Below are positions 1 through 9,796 of a DNA stretch of 64,000 nt, one piece after another. The stretch spans positions 1-64,000 of the IMG/VR virus record IMGVR_UViG_3300045988_149268; one strand, 5' to 3'. Position 1 is the stretch's first letter. Each line of letters opens with the position of its first letter. Source of the DNA: a virus. Position numbers and translations under genes: made by a program. Under the pieces are notes generated by a model, which ran no database searches, had not been told where the DNA came from, and saw only the letters and a list, made by a program, of their open reading frames with translations.

Positions 1-37
1 ATTTTTTATTTGGGTTCGAATCCTACCGCTTCCGCCA
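1..37 (+). tRNA. 3-prime fragment of a tRNA (T-arm with TTCGAAT loop, acceptor 3-prime strand, CCA); body lies left of window, anticodon unknown
   Basis: ggttcgaatcc T-loop/stem followed by acceptor strand and CCA directly abutting the next tRNA; tandem tRNA array. Confidence 0.55.
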
Positions 38-38
38 T

Positions 39-114
39 GCTTTGATAGCTCAATCGGTAGAGCAGTGGTTTCGTAAACCACAGGTTGTGAGTTCAAATCT
101 CACTCGAAGCTCCA
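39..114 (+). tRNA. tRNA-Thr (anticodon CGU), CCA encoded
   Basis: Cloverleaf: acceptor GCTTTGA/TCGAAGC, D-arm GCTC..GAGC, anticodon stem GTGGT/ACCAC with loop TTCGTAA (anticodon CGT), T-arm GTGAG TTCAAAT CTCAC, terminal CCA. Confidence 0.75.
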
Positions 115-119
115 ATTAA

Positions 120-146
120 AGCGATGCAAAAGCATCGCTTATTTTA
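120..146 (+). terminator. Rho-independent terminator after tRNA array
   Basis: Perfect 8-bp stem AGCGATGC/GCATCGCT with AAAA loop followed by T-run. Confidence 0.7.
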
Positions 147-225
147 TTGCCGATTGGTCGCGCCGGTGGTGAGCGTAAGTGCCGAAAACCCAAATAAAAA
201 ATGGTTTTAGTATTTTTTGGAGCAA

Positions 226-254
226 TTGACAGAGTTCGAAAATTTTGATATAAT
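226..254 (+). promoter_or_regulatory. Consensus sigma-A/sigma-70 promoter (TTGACA-N17-TATAAT)
   Basis: TTGACA at 226-231, 17-nt spacer with TG, TATAAT at 249-254; followed by GGAGG RBS and TTG start at 286. Confidence 0.6.
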
Positions 255-285
255 AAACATATAAGAGATAAGGAGGAAAAGGAGC

Positions 286-1164
286 TTGATTAATTTAAAT
301 TTACCTGATTTTGATCTTGGTTATAATGCTTATCGCACGTTATTTGAATTAACTGCTCAACATCCAGAAATTGTATATGATGATACTAAAATCGCTGCAA
401 TTTTTGGTATGTTTAATGGAGCGATTTGGAATGGTGGCGGCATTGTTCTAGGCGGATCTGTTACAAAACAATATGTTGAAGAGATTGTGCATTTTTATAA
501 CGATATTATGCGAGTGCCGATTCGTTTTACTTGCACTAATTCTTTAATTACTGAAAAGCAATGTTATGATACATATTGCAATATGATTCTTAAAACTGCC
601 CATAATGGCAAAAATGAAGTTTTGACCTCTTCACCAATTTTGGAGCAATATCTGCGCACAGAATATCCACATTATAAATTCTGTAAGAGCATTATTACAA
701 CCGCCAATGAGCCATATGATACAAGTGGTAAATATGATTTGGTAGTTATGAAACGTCGTATGAATAATAATTGGGAATTTTTAGATACTATTCCTATTGA
801 AATGCGAGGCAAAATTGAATTTTTATGTTGTGATCCTTGTCCGGATAATTGCCCACGTATTTATAGCCACTATAGGGATTTTGCAAGAGCACAAGTTGAA
901 TTTGATGTAGGTTCATCTAATGTTAAATGCTCAATGATGGATGTAAAAGGTCAATTTACTGATTATTATACAAAACATTTGGAAACTTATATTTCACGAG
1001 AAATGATTGAAAAAGAATATGCACCTCGTGGTTTTACTCAATTTAAATTAAGTGGAAGAACAAATATTGGAGCAATTATTATGGATATTGCTAATTATTA
1101 CATTAAACCAGAATATAAGGATGATATGATCCAATATTTATATGGCTCCTATATAGGAGGTTAA
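286..1164 (+). CDS. Hypothetical protein (Cys-rich, CCDPCPDNCP motif); TTG start
   Basis: 292-aa ORF with strong RBS aaggaggaaaagg upstream; no TAG codons; no recognisable family. Confidence 0.6.
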   Translation: MINLNLPDFDLGYNAYRTLFELTAQHPEIVYDDTKIAAIFGMFNGAIWNGGGIVLGGSVTKQYVEEIVHFYNDIMRVPIRFTCTNSLITEKQCYDTYCNMILKTAHNGKNEVLTSSPILEQYLRTEYPHYKFCKSIITTANEPYDTSGKYDLVVMKRRMNNNWEFLDTIPIEMRGKIEFLCCDPCPDNCPRIYSHYRDFARAQVEFDVGSSNVKCSMMDVKGQFTDYYTKHLETYISREMIEKEYAPRGFTQFKLSGRTNIGAIIMDIANYYIKPEYKDDMIQYLYGSYIGG

Positions 1165-1165
1165 T

Positions 1166-3379
1166 ATGTTTGATATTGTAATTCCAACTTATAATACCCC
1201 AGAAAATTTGTTATTAGATTGTTTAAATGGCATTTAGCAATAGCAAATTGATCATTCACTAATTAATGTTATTTTAATTAATGATGCTGGTCAAGCAATT
1301 GATATAGATAGTATTAAATCTTTATATGATTTTCAAATATCATATTATATCAACGATACGAATGTCGGCCCAGGTATTTGTCGGCAATTTGGAGTAGAAA
1401 AAGCATCAGATTGGATTGTTTTTTGCGATGCTGATGACATCTTATTAAAAGACGCTTTATCACAATATTTTAATTTTATTCAACAGGATAAAGACATTGA
1501 CATTATTTATCCCGCACAGATTAATTTGTTGGATGAATTTTTAGCGCAATAGATTGTGTCAAATAATTTTCCAGATGGTTTATATGCAGTATGTGTCAAT
1601 AAGCATTTTTTAACACAACATCCTGATATTAAATTTTTGCCGTATTATTATCACGAAGATGGCTTATTTACTATGTAGTGTGCAATTCATAATCCTCGTG
1701 CAGTCGGCGCAAATGGAGAAATTATAGCTCATAGAATTGGCAGATATGAGTCTTTAGCAACTTTTAAAAACACAGCTATTTATGATTTAAGCTTGATGGC
1801 AAGCGCATATGCGATTTATCATCATTTTTTAAATGAGCAAGAACAACTATACCTATATAATGATTAGAGAAATTTTTATATAGAAATATTATTAAGTCGT
1901 TTGACATTTTCTGATGCTCTTGAGAATAAAGATAATCAAACATTTGTAAATCTACTGTCATTTTTTATCACTTGTATTAAAAGAGCTTTACCTTATGAAA
2001 TAGTAGAATATTTTATACAAAATTTTAGTGAAACGATTTTTAATTGTAATATTTATGATTACTATCCATCTAATTTTTTAAATGATTTAACGCAATTCTG
2101 TGAAAATGACAATCAGACAATTTTTAATTATTTATCTCAAATGGGCAAATTGGCGTTTGAGACATATGTTAAATTAAATAATATTGCATTGCCAGAATGT
2201 ACAATCACTATTCCAACTTATAATAACTCTAAACAATAGATTGAAAGAATTTTAAATCATTTTAGTAGATAGAGTGCCGCAAAGTATATTAATATTTTAA
2301 TTATAGATGATGGCTCAACAAATAATGAACTATCTCTTGTTGAATACCCAGAAAATTTGAAGATATAGATAATTAGATCTAAATTTAATAAGGGTGTTGG
2401 ACGAGCCAGACAAATTGGGCTTGATAATGTTCATACCCCATATGTAATGTTTTTTGATATGGACGATGATATTATTTATGACGACATCGTTTGGCATTAT
2501 CTTGCATTTTTCATGGCACACCCTGATTATACCGGTATTCGAGGAAAAGAAATTTGGAGAAATCCAGCGCAAAATGATAAATTACAAGAAGATGTCTCAT
2601 TAAATAGTTTACACGGACTGTGCTGTAAAGTAGACACATTAAGAGAATATGATATTAAATTTAAACCTTGGCAATATGCTGAAGATGGAATGTTTACTTG
2701 CACAATACTTTTATATGGCTTAAAAATAAAATCTTTAGAAAAAGAGACATTTTATTTCAGAGATCGTGGTTATTTAACTGAAAATATTGAAAGCACTGTT
2801 GGTAATTTAAATTTTGCCACAGATTCTTGTTTGATTATAAGAGCGCTTTTGGAAATTATGGATAGTGCAAAAGCGAATCTTGAAATTATAGAAAATTGTA
2901 AAGATTGTCTTATTAATGAAGTTTAGAATTTAAGTAATTCTATGTTTCCATATGGAAAAAATGAAGAACTTGATACGATAAAAACACAATTTTTACGCGA
3001 TCACGTAATAGATCCAAGAATTAAAAATATTTTATCTATTTATTATTTATATGAGGCAGTTCGTGTTATACCCTTTGCCATATTAAAAGCTATAAAACAA
3101 TAGCCTTGGGCTTGGGAAAATTCATCTTTAATAATGGCTATAGATAATTTACTCGCTAATGATGACTGTTATTATATAAAAATGGCATCAGGCACCGAGA
3201 ACAAAATTTATACAATAGATGGATTAGAAAAAGAAACAATAGAATGGTTTCATGACTATTTGGACTATTGTAAAAATTTACAATAGGAATGTAAAGATTT
3301 AATAATAAATCTTCCACCTTAGGCTATAAAACATTAGCCTTGGAACTATAAAACATATCAATGGAAAGGAAGAAACTAA
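1166..3379 (+). CDS. Tandem family-2 glycosyltransferase (two GT2 domains plus C-terminal extension), read through ~13 in-frame TAG codons
   Basis: Frame is open from ATG 1166 to TAA 3377 except for TAG; two copies of the GT2 signature (IPTYN...IND/DDGS...DADD and ITIPTYNN...IIDDGST...FDMDDD); track fragments 1901-2239 and 2447-2926 are in this same frame. Confidence 0.65.
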
Positions 3380-3685
3380 ATGTATAGTGTAAAATTATAT
3401 GACAACGATGGCGTTGTCAGCACAATTAATGCTGATACTATTTATTATAATAACGCCGAAAATGGCGTATATCTTATTATAACTTGTTTGAACAAGGATA
3501 ATATCGGTATTAATTTTAATGATTTTCGGGGTGCTGGTTATACTCTTATTGAAGCAGAAAATGAAGATACCGTTATTCCTTTTAATAATTTCAATTATTG
3601 CTCTTCTGTTTCCTGTATGATGAGCGAAAAAATTGTATGGTCATTACAATTTTCTGAAAATGAAGGAGCTTTAACAGTTGAATAA
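3380..3685 (+). CDS. Hypothetical protein
   Basis: 101-aa ORF, RBS ggaaaggaag upstream, followed by terminator. Confidence 0.5.
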   Translation: MYSVKLYDNDGVVSTINADTIYYNNAENGVYLIITCLNKDNIGINFNDFRGAGYTLIEAENEDTVIPFNNFNYCSSVSCMMSEKIVWSLQFSENEGALTVE

Positions 3686-3690
3686 AATAA

Positions 3691-3717
3691 TAACCACCAA
3701 TGGTGGTTATTATTTTA
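3691..3717 (+). terminator. Rho-independent terminator
   Basis: ATAACCACC-AAT-GGTGGTTAT hairpin followed by T-rich tract. Confidence 0.65.
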
Positions 3718-3732
3718 ATTGGAGGAATTAAA

Positions 3733-4791
3733 ATGTCTACTTTAAAGATAGGGCCTGGAGCAGCATCTTTAGGCAATGGTGACAGAAAGGCCGGAGTGCG
3801 ATGTAATTTTAATGCCAGTGGAACCGCAGTTGGTTATGATACAAATACTTATAATTATTCGTTATTTTCTGTAACAATGAATATTTCTCTTTGTAAATAT
3901 TATTCTGTATACGGATATTTTGACGTATATAATCAAGCGGGCACCTTAATTGGAAGAACTAAATAGTGGAATGTGGCAGAAAATGCTGGTTCTGTTAAAG
4001 CCTCCGGTGCATCAGCTATATCTTGTACTTTTACTTTAATTAATACCAATCTCGCTGCAGCAATGTAGACGAGTAGCTTTTATTTAATTATTCGTAGAAG
4101 TGGCGGAAGTGGCAACTGCTGTAATATTAGATCTGGTTGTACTGGCACGCTTACTATTAATTATACAAGAACTACTAAAAATAGCCCCCCAGTTCATCCT
4201 ACTACAATTTATTATCCGGCCACAAACGGTGTAAAGACATATAATACAAAACCATACTTTTCATCTTTAACTGGCACAGACCCCGATGGGAATAATGTGC
4301 AATTAGGTTATGCAATTTATGATACAACTACAAAAACATGGCCACAAGCGACAAAATGGTTAGATGGATGGCATAGTGGAGGAACAAGAGTATATTGGTC
4401 ACATTAGACTGCGCTAACCACTGGTCATTATTATTAGCTTTATACATATGCAAGAGATACAAGTTATACCGTTGGAACGGGCAGTTCTGGTCTTCGTGGT
4501 TTTTATGTTTTAGATAATGGGCTATCTATTGGCAGTATAATTGATGACGCGACGATAGATACGTTATAGACAAAAATTAATAATGTTCAAGCATATTACG
4601 GACAAACAAAAAAAATTTTTACTGTTTGTGATAATGGCACAAAATTAAACCGTTCACAAATAGTTGAATTAGAAAATGCAATTGAAGGAACCCCATATAT
4701 TGCTACTACTGCCTATACATCTCCTGCGGTAGGAGACAAAGCGATTGCCAGTCAATTATCTTCCATTAACACAATTATTGGAAATGCTTGA
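3733..4791 (+). CDS. Hypothetical Thr/Gly-rich protein (possible surface or structural protein), 5 in-frame TAG
   Basis: ATG 3733 after RBS ggaggaattaaa; frame open to TGA 4789 apart from 5 TAG; track piece 3700-3966 is its N-terminus. Confidence 0.6.
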
Positions 4792-4816
4792 TTTTTATAA
4801 AAATTTTTGTTATAAT
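4788..4816 (+). promoter_or_regulatory. Sigma-A type promoter TTGATT-N17-TATAAT
   Basis: Member of the repeated promoter family; 30 nt upstream of RBS/ATG 4846. Confidence 0.6.
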
Positions 4817-4845
4817 ATTTATAGAAAGTTAAGGAGGAATAAAAT

Positions 4846-5094
4846 ATGGAACAGCGTCATGATAGAGCATTTATTCGTAAAATGGCTAAAAAGAAGGCTC
4901 GTCGTAAGCAGTGGATTGTAAAACATTGTTATGGCTGGGACTATTATGATAATCTCCATCAGTATTCTAAAAATAAAATTCATTGTAGTTGTCCTTTGTG
5001 CCGAGCAAAACGCATGGGCAATCGTATGAGTTATCTGAGTATTGCAGAACAGAAAAAAATTTCTGCTATGGAAGAACAGCTTCTTGACTTTTAA
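4846..5094 (+). CDS. Hypothetical basic protein
   Basis: 82-aa ORF with RBS aaggaggaataaaat. Confidence 0.55.
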   Translation: MEQRHDRAFIRKMAKKKARRKQWIVKHCYGWDYYDNLHQYSKNKIHCSCPLCRAKRMGNRMSYLSIAEQKKISAMEEQLLDF

Positions 5095-5112
5095 AAAATT
5101 TTATGATATAAT
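5084..5112 (+). promoter_or_regulatory. Sigma-A type promoter TTGACT-N17-TATAAT; -35 overlaps the stop of the upstream gene; drives ~200-nt leader and tRNA-Val
   Basis: TTGACT 5084-5089, TATAAT 5107-5112. Confidence 0.55.
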
Positions 5113-5323
5113 AATATTGTAATAAAGAGAGCCTTACAGCAAAATTTAATTGTGTATCAGCACAAATACAAGATTTGATTTAAAAAGTTATAAATGACTG
5201 CAAGATAGTCCCCTGTATATATTGTGTGGCTCTCGCAATAAAAACATAATATATGCAACGGATTTGAGCAGTTATTTCCTCTCTTTTCTTCCCTTCAATT
5301 GGACGCCTTTAATGCGTCCTTAT

Positions 5324-5399
5324 GCGGGATTAGCGCAGTTGGTAGCGCAACTGGCTTACATCCAGTCGGTCGGCAGTTCGAGTCTGTCATTCCGCACCA
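5324..5399 (+). tRNA. tRNA-Val (anticodon UAC), CCA encoded
   Basis: Acceptor GCGGGAT/ATTCCGC, D-arm GCGC..GCGC, anticodon stem ACTGG/CCAGT with loop CTTACAT, T-arm GGCAG TTCGAGT CTGTC, ACCA end. Confidence 0.75.
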
Positions 5400-5401
5400 T
5401 A

Positions 5402-5432
5402 AAGCAGGATTGGTTACAATCCTGCTATTTTA
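5402..5432 (+). terminator. Rho-independent terminator after tRNA-Val
   Basis: AGCAGGATTG-GTTA-CAATCCTGCT hairpin then ATTTTAA. Confidence 0.65.
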
Positions 5433-5450
5433 ATATCGGAGGTACATGAT

Positions 5451-6074
5451 ATGGCCGACAATCTGTTAAATATTAGTATTCCAAAAGCGGTAGAAAATCT
5501 TTAGCTTCCAGATCCAACTCTTTTATTTTATTATTAGAATTTGGAAAAACGAATTTTTTGGTTGGATGAAGAAGTTAGTGATTATACTCTCGATTTAATC
5601 AAATATATTATCAAATGGAACGAAGAAGATGACAATATCGAACCAGAAAAACGTAAACCTATTAAAATTTTCTTTTTCTCTCCTGGTGGTGATCTTGAAG
5701 TTAATAATGCGCTCATTGACACCATTCAACTAAGCACAACTCCCATTTGGGGCATTAATGTTGGAAAATGTTTCAGCGCTGCGGCATATATTTTCTTATC
5801 TTGCCATAAGCGTTTTACAATGCCACGAGCGCAACTTTTACTCCACCAAGGCTCAGGCACTTTTTCTGGAACCTATCAAGAAATATTGCCACAAGTTATG
5901 TCGTATCAGCAACAAATTGATGATTTGGCGACTTTTGTTGCTAGCCGCACGCAATATACAGAAGAAGAAATAGCAGAAAATATCACCAGTGATTGGTATA
6001 TTCCAGTAGAAGAAGGTTTAAAAAAGGGAGTATATCATGAATTAATCATAGATATGATGATATTTTTTAATTGA
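5451..6074 (+). CDS. clpP: ClpP-family serine protease (2 in-frame TAG near N-terminus)
   Basis: S14 signature: FFFSPGGDL, catalytic Ser in GKCFSAAA, His in LLLHQGSG; ATG 5451 with RBS ggaggtacat; track ORF 5541-6074 is the same frame. Confidence 0.7.
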
Positions 6075-6093
6075 AATTAAGGAGGAATGAATT

Positions 6094-6915
6094 TTGTATC
6101 AAGGATATAAAATTATTCAACCAACAGACATCGAATTGGCCGCGTTTTATATGGAGAAAAACTTTAATCATTTTAGTTGTTTAGAAAATGAATATGTCAT
6201 TTTTAAGAACGAAGATAATGAAATAATTGATAAATATCGTTGGACAGGCACTGAGTATAAGCAAGTAAGATATGAACCTATTAAGAATATTTATACTGGC
6301 TGTATTCGCCCACGCAATCCCCAACAGTGTTTGGCTTTTGATATGCTTCAAGATAACAAAACAACTATCAAACTATTGACTGGTGTGTTCGGAAGCGGAA
6401 AAACTATGTTGATGATATTGCACGCGATTGATATGATTCAACGCGGTTTCGCTGATAAGATTGTATGGGTGCGCAATAATATTGAGGTTAAAGACTCTGT
6501 GCCACTGGGTGCATTGCCTGGCACCGCAGATGAAAAACTTCTTCCTTTTGCTGGCCCACTTCTTGACCATATTGGCGGTTTAGAAGGTATGTATGCAATG
6601 ATGGATAATAATCAATTAGAACTACAGCATCTTGGTTACATTCGTGGCAGAGATATTAAAAATTCGATTATTATTGCCAGCGAGGCAGAGAATTTAACGA
6701 CTCAGCATATTCAGCTTTTAATTGGTCGTGTAGGTGAAGGTTCTCAACTTTGGCTTGATGGCGACCATAAACAAGTTGATAAGCAAGTTTTTAAAGATAA
6801 TAGCGGGCTATTGAAAGCTGTCGAGAGATTGGCTGGACAATCCTTATTTGGTTATGTTGATTTACCAATTAGTGAACGTTCTGCCACAGCTAAACTTGCG
6901 GATTTATTAGATTAA
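6094..6915 (+). CDS. phoH: PhoH-like ATPase
   Basis: Walker A GVFGSGKT, PhoH-type C-terminal region (IIIASEAENLTTQ, LDGD); TTG start after aaggaggaatg. Confidence 0.7.
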   Translation: MYQGYKIIQPTDIELAAFYMEKNFNHFSCLENEYVIFKNEDNEIIDKYRWTGTEYKQVRYEPIKNIYTGCIRPRNPQQCLAFDMLQDNKTTIKLLTGVFGSGKTMLMILHAIDMIQRGFADKIVWVRNNIEVKDSVPLGALPGTADEKLLPFAGPLLDHIGGLEGMYAMMDNNQLELQHLGYIRGRDIKNSIIIASEAENLTTQHIQLLIGRVGEGSQLWLDGDHKQVDKQVFKDNSGLLKAVERLAGQSLFGYVDLPISERSATAKLADLLD

Positions 6916-6922
6916 AAATTTT

Positions 6923-6946
6923 GGGGAGTAGCATATGCTACTCCCC
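6923..6946 (+). terminator. Rho-independent terminator (perfect palindrome)
   Basis: GGGGAGTAGCAT/ATGCTACTCCCC followed by T-rich tract. Confidence 0.7.
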
Positions 6947-6948
6947 AT

Positions 6949-6977
6949 TTGCTTTTTATAAAAATAAATGATATAAT
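6949..6977 (+). promoter_or_regulatory. Sigma-A type promoter TTGCTT-N17-TATAAT
   Basis: Promoter-family member upstream of 6999 gene. Confidence 0.55.
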
Positions 6978-6998
6978 ATAAATAAAGAAGGTGAGAGA

Positions 6999-7787
6999 AT
7001 GGGATATTGGGAAAGAAAACATGAAATGTCCGCAAAAGCAATAGCACATACAGAAGAAATGAGTTTAAAGTTTGCGCGAGAAATTGAAAATAGCGTAAAA
7101 AATACTAAAATGTATCGTGGCGATATTAAGCGTGAAGAATATGTTAATGCTCCTTATAGACGAATAATTTTAGATCCAGAAACTACGACTCAGGCATTGG
7201 AAACATACTTAAAAGATGGTGAAAAGATTGCGATTCTAAATTTTGCCAGTTATAAAAATCCAGGTGGTTGTTTCATTGATGGCTCAACAGCACAAGAAGA
7301 ATGCTTATGTCATAGTTCTTTTTTGTATAATGTGCTTAAAGAATTTCAAAAATCTTATTATGATGTTAATGCTCAACAATTAAATCATTCTTTGTATACA
7401 AATGCCGGTCTTTATACGCCAAATGTAGCATTTAACTTCAACGGCTTTGACTGGATAAAAACGAATGTTATTACTTGCGCGGCGCCGAATTTTAAATCTG
7501 CTTATCGCTATTGCGACATATCCAAAGAAGAAAATTCCAAAGTTCTTAGAGAACGTTGTCGTTTTGTATTGGATATTGCTTATGATAATCAGATAGAAAC
7601 TTTAATTCTTGGTGCTTTTGGTTGCGGTGTTTTTGGGCAAGACCCAGAAGAAGTTTGCACTATTTTCCTTGAGGAAAATAATAAAATGAATCGTCCTTTT
7701 CATAAAATTGTTTTTGCCGTCCCCCAAGGGACAGGACTTAATGCTATGGCAAATTATTACGCTTTTAAGAGAATCATTTTCGGATAA
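6999..7787 (+). CDS. Bacterial-type PARG / DUF2263 (TIGR02452-like) macrodomain ADP-ribose hydrolase
   Basis: PARG signature GG(G)-X6-QEE present as NPGGCFIDGSTAQEE; size ~260 aa. Confidence 0.55.
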   Translation: MGYWERKHEMSAKAIAHTEEMSLKFAREIENSVKNTKMYRGDIKREEYVNAPYRRIILDPETTTQALETYLKDGEKIAILNFASYKNPGGCFIDGSTAQEECLCHSSFLYNVLKEFQKSYYDVNAQQLNHSLYTNAGLYTPNVAFNFNGFDWIKTNVITCAAPNFKSAYRYCDISKEENSKVLRERCRFVLDIAYDNQIETLILGAFGCGVFGQDPEEVCTIFLEENNKMNRPFHKIVFAVPQGTGLNAMANYYAFKRIIFG

Positions 7788-7816
7788 TTGATTTTCTTTA
7801 AAAAAAATGATATAAT
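7788..7816 (+). promoter_or_regulatory. Sigma-A type promoter TTGATT-N17-TATAAT, overlapping stop of upstream gene
   Basis: TTGATT 7788-7793, TATAAT 7811-7816. Confidence 0.55.
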
Positions 7817-7840
7817 ATTTATAGAAAGTGAGGGAAAAGT

Positions 7841-8645
7841 GATGACAGGAGAAATTCAAATTCAAGATGTAAGTAAATATACTACGTCTATGTCAAAAAG
7901 TATGATTGATAAAATGTTTTTTATGGATAAAATTAATAGTTCCATAAAAGTCATTTTTGATTATGGATGTGCTGATGGAGCATTGATTAATTTCCTTGCA
8001 CCACTTTTTCCAGATATTGCCTTTATCGGATATGATGCCAGTGCAGAAATGATAGAACATGCAATTAGCAATAAGACATATGAGAATGTTTCATTTATAG
8101 ACAATTTGGACAATTTTTCTGCTTGGCTGTCTGAAAATCATTTTGCACCGAATCAATGCGCAATTAACCTTTCTTCATTGATTCACGAAGTTTATAGTTA
8201 TTCTTCAGTTCAAGAAATTGAAAAATTTTGGAATTTTGTAAACAAGAGTGGATTCGAATATATTATTATCCGTGATATGTGCTTGGATGCGGCGGCGCAT
8301 CGACCAGCACTGAAAGAAGATTTGATTAAGGTGCGTAGTCGATATGCTGCGGATAAAATTCGTGAATTTGAAAACATTCATGGTAGTATATGCGATAATT
8401 ATAATTTAATTCACTTTCTATTGAAATATCGCTATACTGAAAATTGGAACAGAGAAGTTCACGAAAATTATCTCCCACTTGCTGTTGAGGATATTGCTGG
8501 AAAAATTGATACTCATTATGAGTTAATTTATTTTGACCATTATATTCTTCCTTTTTTGGCAAACATTGTCCAAGTTGATTTTGATATTACGATAAAAGAT
8601 TACACCCATATCAAATTTATCTATCGACAGAAAGGAAATAAATAA
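7841..8645 (+). CDS. Class I SAM-dependent methyltransferase (substrate unknown; no DNA-MTase motif IV)
   Basis: Motif I VIFDYGCADGAL; start ATG 7841 after RBS agtgagggaaaag (track shows N-terminal over-extension from 7788). Confidence 0.55.
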
Positions 8646-8646
8646 T

Positions 8647-8946
8647 ATGGATGAAACTCTTGTTCTTTGGACGCATGGTGGCTGGATTCCTTATGCAGGA
8701 ATTTACGCAACAGATGTTAGCCGTATTCAAGATTTTAACGTAGTGATTGATGCTTTATGTTCTTCTGCAGGGCGTGAAATGTATAATCGCATTATTGTTT
8801 CAAGTTTTAATGAAATGCAACTATCTTTTGGGCTGGGAACTACAGGAGAATTGCTTCAAAAGCTTCATGAGCTGGAAGTAAAATATGATTATACGGTAAT
8901 TGTACTTCCTCATTCAATAGAAATTGAACATTATTTGGGAGTTTAA
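8647..8946 (+). CDS. Hypothetical protein
   Basis: 99-aa ORF tightly packed between neighbours. Confidence 0.45.
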   Translation: MDETLVLWTHGGWIPYAGIYATDVSRIQDFNVVIDALCSSAGREMYNRIIVSSFNEMQLSFGLGTTGELLQKLHELEVKYDYTVIVLPHSIEIEHYLGV

Positions 8947-8947
8947 G

Positions 8948-9748
8948 ATGCCAAAATTTACAAAATGGGAGCAGGCAATGATGTGCTTGCGACCTCAATA
9001 TAAAACAAAAAATTTTACTTATGAAGAAGCAAAATTATATCTGTTGAACACCGGCTTTGGTAATTTTACTAAAACTTCATGGAATGCGGCAATTAAGCAT
9101 AATATTATTAAAATTGATAATAATAATACTGCTTATTTTCTTTCAGAAAAAAATGAAGCAATTGATTCAGATTGGACGACTTCGCATCGTAAATATTTTA
9201 TATGCGAGCAAGATAAAACAAAAAAAGGATATGGAGATTTCTTTACAAAAGATGAGTTAATTTCTATTAACAATATTTATTTTAATTGGAAGTCAACTTG
9301 TGAGACATATCAATATTATGGATTTCGTAGACCAAATTTGCCTGAACCTATTAGCGAAGGTTTACCTAGCGCACTTTTTGGCTGGGCACGAACAAATAAT
9401 ATGCCACTTGAAAACATTGATGGTTCAGCAGATCTTGTCGATACAGTTAATGGGGATGCTATTCAAATTAAAGGTATTTCTGCTTATGATGAAAAAGATT
9501 GCGGTCCCACTTCATTTGGTCCTAATTCTAAATTTGACAGATTAATTGTTTTGTATGTTCGCCTGGACGAAGATAAAGTGTATTTTTATGAATTTCCAGA
9601 TGCTCAAGATTATAAGAAATGGAAAGTTAATGGAAATCAAACTGTTGCAGATCAACAATTTCAAAATAAACGACCAAGATTAAATTTAATTCCAATCTTG
9701 AAGGAGAGAGGGATTCAACCTTTCTTTGTATATAATTTTAATGTTTGA
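8948..9748 (+). CDS. Hypothetical protein; candidate restriction endonuclease partner of adjacent C5-MTase (unproven)
   Basis: ATG 8948 with RBS tgggagtttaag; immediately upstream of a DNA cytosine-5 MTase; no confident nuclease motif. Confidence 0.4.
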   Translation: MPKFTKWEQAMMCLRPQYKTKNFTYEEAKLYLLNTGFGNFTKTSWNAAIKHNIIKIDNNNTAYFLSEKNEAIDSDWTTSHRKYFICEQDKTKKGYGDFFTKDELISINNIYFNWKSTCETYQYYGFRRPNLPEPISEGLPSALFGWARTNNMPLENIDGSADLVDTVNGDAIQIKGISAYDEKDCGPTSFGPNSKFDRLIVLYVRLDEDKVYFYEFPDAQDYKKWKVNGNQTVADQQFQNKRPRLNLIPILKERGIQPFFVYNFNV

Positions 9749-9773
9749 CTTATTATAAAATTTTTGATATAAT
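9745..9773 (+). promoter_or_regulatory. Sigma-A type promoter TTGACT-N17-TATAAT
   Basis: Consensus hexamers, upstream of MTase gene. Confidence 0.55.
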
Positions 9774-9796
9774 TATAAAAAAGGAGCTGAGAAAGA

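Noticed and set aside
1776-2572. Minus-strand ORFs 1776-1961 and 2330-2572 inside the GT2 region
   Set aside because: They lie antisense to a continuous + strand frame with clear GT2 motifs (once TAG is read through). No RBS, and the products are low-complexity.
1166-3379. Interpreting the GT2 region as 4-5 separate small genes ending at TAG
   Set aside because: There are no start codons with RBS after the TAGs. GT2 motifs and domain continuity span the TAG positions. Elsewhere TAG aligns to conserved Gln.
5324-5399. Possibility that the second tRNA is the amber suppressor
   Set aside because: The anticodon loop reads CTTACAT, giving anticodon UAC (Val) with canonical U33 and A37, not CUA.
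5222-5449. ORF 5222-5449 (75 aa)
   Set aside because: It overlaps the tRNA-Val gene and its terminator; its amino-acid sequence is a translation of tRNA structure.
5758-5973. ORF 5758-5973 and antisense ORF 6373-6570
   Set aside because: They are embedded in or antisense to the ClpP and PhoH coding sequences in alternative frames.
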